NCBI GenBank assembly: GCA_013239625.1
Contig: MU054220.1
Span: 434,001-484,117 of the forward strand
Direction: 5' to 3'
From: Lama guanicoe
Lineage: Eukaryota
Length of the DNA stretch: 50,117 bases
Part shown: positions 47,380 to 50,117 of the stretch, piece by piece
Layout of the letters: each line of letters opens with the position of its first letter
Position numbering within the stretch: position 1 is the stretch's first letter
Position numbers and translations under genes: made by a program
Notes under the pieces: generated by a model
What the model saw: the letters and a program-made list of their open reading frames with translations, nothing else
Databases searched by the model: none
Told to the model about the DNA's origin: nothing

Positions 47380-49670
47380 TGGAAACAAATAATTGACAAA
47401 AATCCTATTGCAAAAAACACTTAAAATGTGAGAGGCTAAATACTTTCTCAGTGAGATGAGCAAGTCAGGGATGCTCACTTTTACCCCAAATTATACTGAC
47501 TTCTCTAGCTTGTTTACCAAAGCAAGGAAAAAAATTATAAGGAATAATATTGGAAACAAGAAGTCGAGAACATATTTAAACAGAGATTATAGGATGTAAG
47601 TTGAAATCCCAACTGATCTACGAATAAATTATAAAACTATTGAGAGATTTTGGTAGAGTTGCCAGAATGCACTGTATTGTGATCTAACAACAGCACACAT
47701 TTTCCAAATGACATTTAAAATAGCATGAAAAAATCACACATTGAGATTAATTTAACAAAATATACACCAGAACTTTACAGAAAAATTGTGATATAGTTTC
47801 ATTTCAAAAATTGAAGTATATCTAAATAAGCAGAAAAATAGTACACTCATGATTTGGAAGACTTGAGGCTGAAAACTTGTAATTTCTTTCCAAATGGATC
47901 TCTGGTTCTACTGTAATTCTACCCTAAATCCAAACAAGAATGATTCAAAAATTTGCCTTGAAAGGTAAAGATCAAAGACTAAATCAATCAATTTTTAAGA
48001 AAAAAATAATTTTTCAGGACTTCTTCTATTGTATATCAAAGCTTATTACTTATGGATAGATCTGACTATAAATACACAGACGCATGTAGGTAGTCTGTAA
48101 ACAGACCCATACATATATGGACATATACTGTACGAAAAATCTGGCACTATAGAGCAGTGTATAATGGAGTGAATTTTCAATAAATATTGCTGGGACAAAT
48201 ATCCACGCATAAGTTAAAATATAAAATCAATGTATTCTCATGTCATGCCAAAATTTACTTCCAGTCTGATCAGAGAAATAAATTTAAAAATCAATCAGAA
48301 AGAAAAAATGCAATCCATAATATAAAATAAGAAGAAATAGAATATAAAACACATAATACTGTACGAATATGGTGACAATTTAGCACATAAGATATGAGAA
48401 TTTCTTCATTATTTTAGGGAAAAAAATGGAGGAAAAAACCTGAAAAGGCATTTTGCAAAGAAGAAGGGAAAGTGAAAAGACCTATAACTGAATCAAAAGA
48501 AATTACATCAGATTAATAATAAAAGGAATTTGAATTATAACCAGAATGAGCAAGCGCTACTCACCCATCAAACTGAAAATATTAAAATGTCTAGTGTGAC
48601 AATATTAAATGTTGGCAATAATTAAAGGGAAATAATTAGAAAACACATACAATACAGGGGGAATGTAAATTAGGACATCTACTTTGGAGAATTGTTTGAT
48701 TAGTATCTAGGAAAAGAAAAGAAACCAGCTCTATGTGATCCAGAACAGGCATGCACAGAGAAAATCTCACAGAACGAGGACGTACGTGCCATGCAGCAGA
48801 TGCTTGTGCAGGAATGTTCACAGCAGCATTTTCATTAAAGACAAAAGGAGTGGGATTGCAGGATCATATGAGGTTCCATTTTTAGTTTTTTGGGGAACCT
48901 CCATACTCTTTTCCATACAGTATGTAATCGGCTGCACTATTTACATTCCCACCACAGTACATAAGTGTCCCCATTTCTTCACATCCTCTCCAACATTTGT
49001 TATTTGCAGATTTTGCAAAGAGAAGAGGGAGGGGCAATTGAGGGGTATCAGATTAAGAGATACAAAATGCAATGTATGAAATAGATAAGCAACAAGGATG
49101 TATTGAATAGTCCAGGAAATGATAGCCATTACCTTTTAGTAACTTCTAGTGAACTATAATCTGTAAAAATTACCTAAAAATATTATAATAGTGTAAATCA
49201 ACTGTGCTTCAATAAAGAAGAGGAAATAACCAAAGCACATTAGCAATAGTATAAATTAACAAATTAAGGTATATTTATTTTATGAACTACTCTTCAGCAG
49301 TAAAAAAATGAACTACTGTTACAGCTAGTCATGCAAATATTCTTTTAAAATAAAATGCTGAACCAAAGAAGCCAGACATTAGGGAAGACATATTCCAAGT
49401 TTTTCTTTATATACATTTCAAGAAGAAGCAAAGTTAACTTTTCTCATTTTGTAACCTGTTCTCAAGAGTTGTAGCTGAAAATGAAAGTTTATGAGTAACA
49501 CAAACTCCACAAGGGTGTTGGGTCCTCATGAGGTCAGAGAGGAGCAGGACCAGGAAAGTGCTCATGGAGATGCTGCAAAGGGCTGACAGTGCTCTGTCTG
49601 CAATTTCTCAGACAGACAAACATACAGGATTATTATTCAGAATGACTTGTCTACCTACGTGTCATATTCA
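47380..49670 (+). mobile_element. Decayed old L1 (L1ME-type) ORF2/3' region
   Basis: A-rich tract with remnants GGATGCTCACT, ACAGACCCATACATATATGG, ACTTTGGAGAATTGTTTG, GAATGTTCACAGCAGCATT and ATGCTGAACCAAAGAAGCCAGACA. Confidence 0.65.
48846..49217. mobile_element. Short 5'-inverted L1 insertion within the older L1
   Basis: Antisense L1 piece AGGAGTGGGATTGCAGGATCATATG...CATTTGTTATTTG (48846-~49013), then sense 3' UTR ATAGATAAGCAACAAGGAT...TGTAAATCAACTGTGCTTCAATAAA. Confidence 0.75.
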
Positions 49671-49727
49671 TGATTTGAGAGAGAGAAAGAGAAGGGAAGA
49701 GAACAGAAAGGAGGGGAAGCAGCCGTG

Positions 49728-49802
49728 GAAGGGTAGCAATTTTCAGGTTCTGGGGATTAGGGTGTGGACATCTTTAGAGGACCATTGGTTAGTCATTTAC
49801 AC
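49728..49802 (-). mobile_element. MLT1 LTR fragment
   Basis: TTCAGGTTCTGGGGATTAGGGTGTGGACATCTTTAGAGG matches the MLT1 terminal segment. Confidence 0.65.
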
Positions 49803-50021
49803 TCTGAGGGTGAGGCATGAACAGAAATTTCTTTCTTGCCTTTTTTTTTTTAAACTTTAGCCTGCAGGTGATTTTTTAGAGTACAGTGCAATTAAATAAG
49901 CACAGGTGTATATACATGATCTAGATTTCTGAATAAATTTTACCCCATTATTGAAGAAAATTTAATAATCCAATGTATAAAGCACATTTAAAAAATAACT
50001 TTCTCTATTCATATAAGGTTA

Positions 50022-50029
50022 CATATGTG

Positions 50030-50060
<31 letters not shown>

Positions 50061-50077
50061 ATATATATATGTGTATA

Positions 50078-50117
<40 letters not shown>
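50022..50117. repeat. (TA)n/(TG)n compound microsatellite running to the window end
   Basis: Seen directly. Confidence 0.95.

Noticed and set aside
1..50117. CRISPR arrays, operons or other prokaryotic or viral systems
   Set aside because: The window is mammalian. I saw no regularly spaced repeat-spacer array and no long non-OR, non-L1 ORF.

Overview
Mammalian genomic DNA, most likely camelid because it carries a tRNA-Ala-derived Vic-1-type SINE and I saw no Bov-tA, PRE-1 or Alu elements. It is part of a class II olfactory receptor (OR5D/OR5L) cluster. Five intact single-coding-exon OR genes lie on the minus strand: OR5D18-like, OR5L1-like, OR5D14-like, an OR5D gene in the position of human OR5D15P, and OR5D13-like. 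A decayed 3' remnant of a sixth OR5D gene, which the ORF track misses, lies at about 26.7-27.0 kb. The rest is AT-rich intergenic DNA with L1, L2, MIR, MER5/MER20, MLT1 and ERV1 LTR elements, microsatellites, candidate O/E(EBF) plus homeodomain OR promoters and one 332-N gap. I found no convincing new biological system. The best structural observations are: a near-identical 2.3 kb tandem duplication of a probable OR promoter/first exon; a TSD-bounded L1 3' transduction; a shared nested L1-in-L1 junction upstream of OR5D18 and OR5D13; a paralogous OR5L upstream block at the window start; a three-layer LTR/LTR/L1 nest; and a near-consensus CTCF motif inside an MLT1 LTR. Gene and repeat names come from remembered family sequences, not database searches, and repeat boundaries are approximate unless TSDs are quoted.
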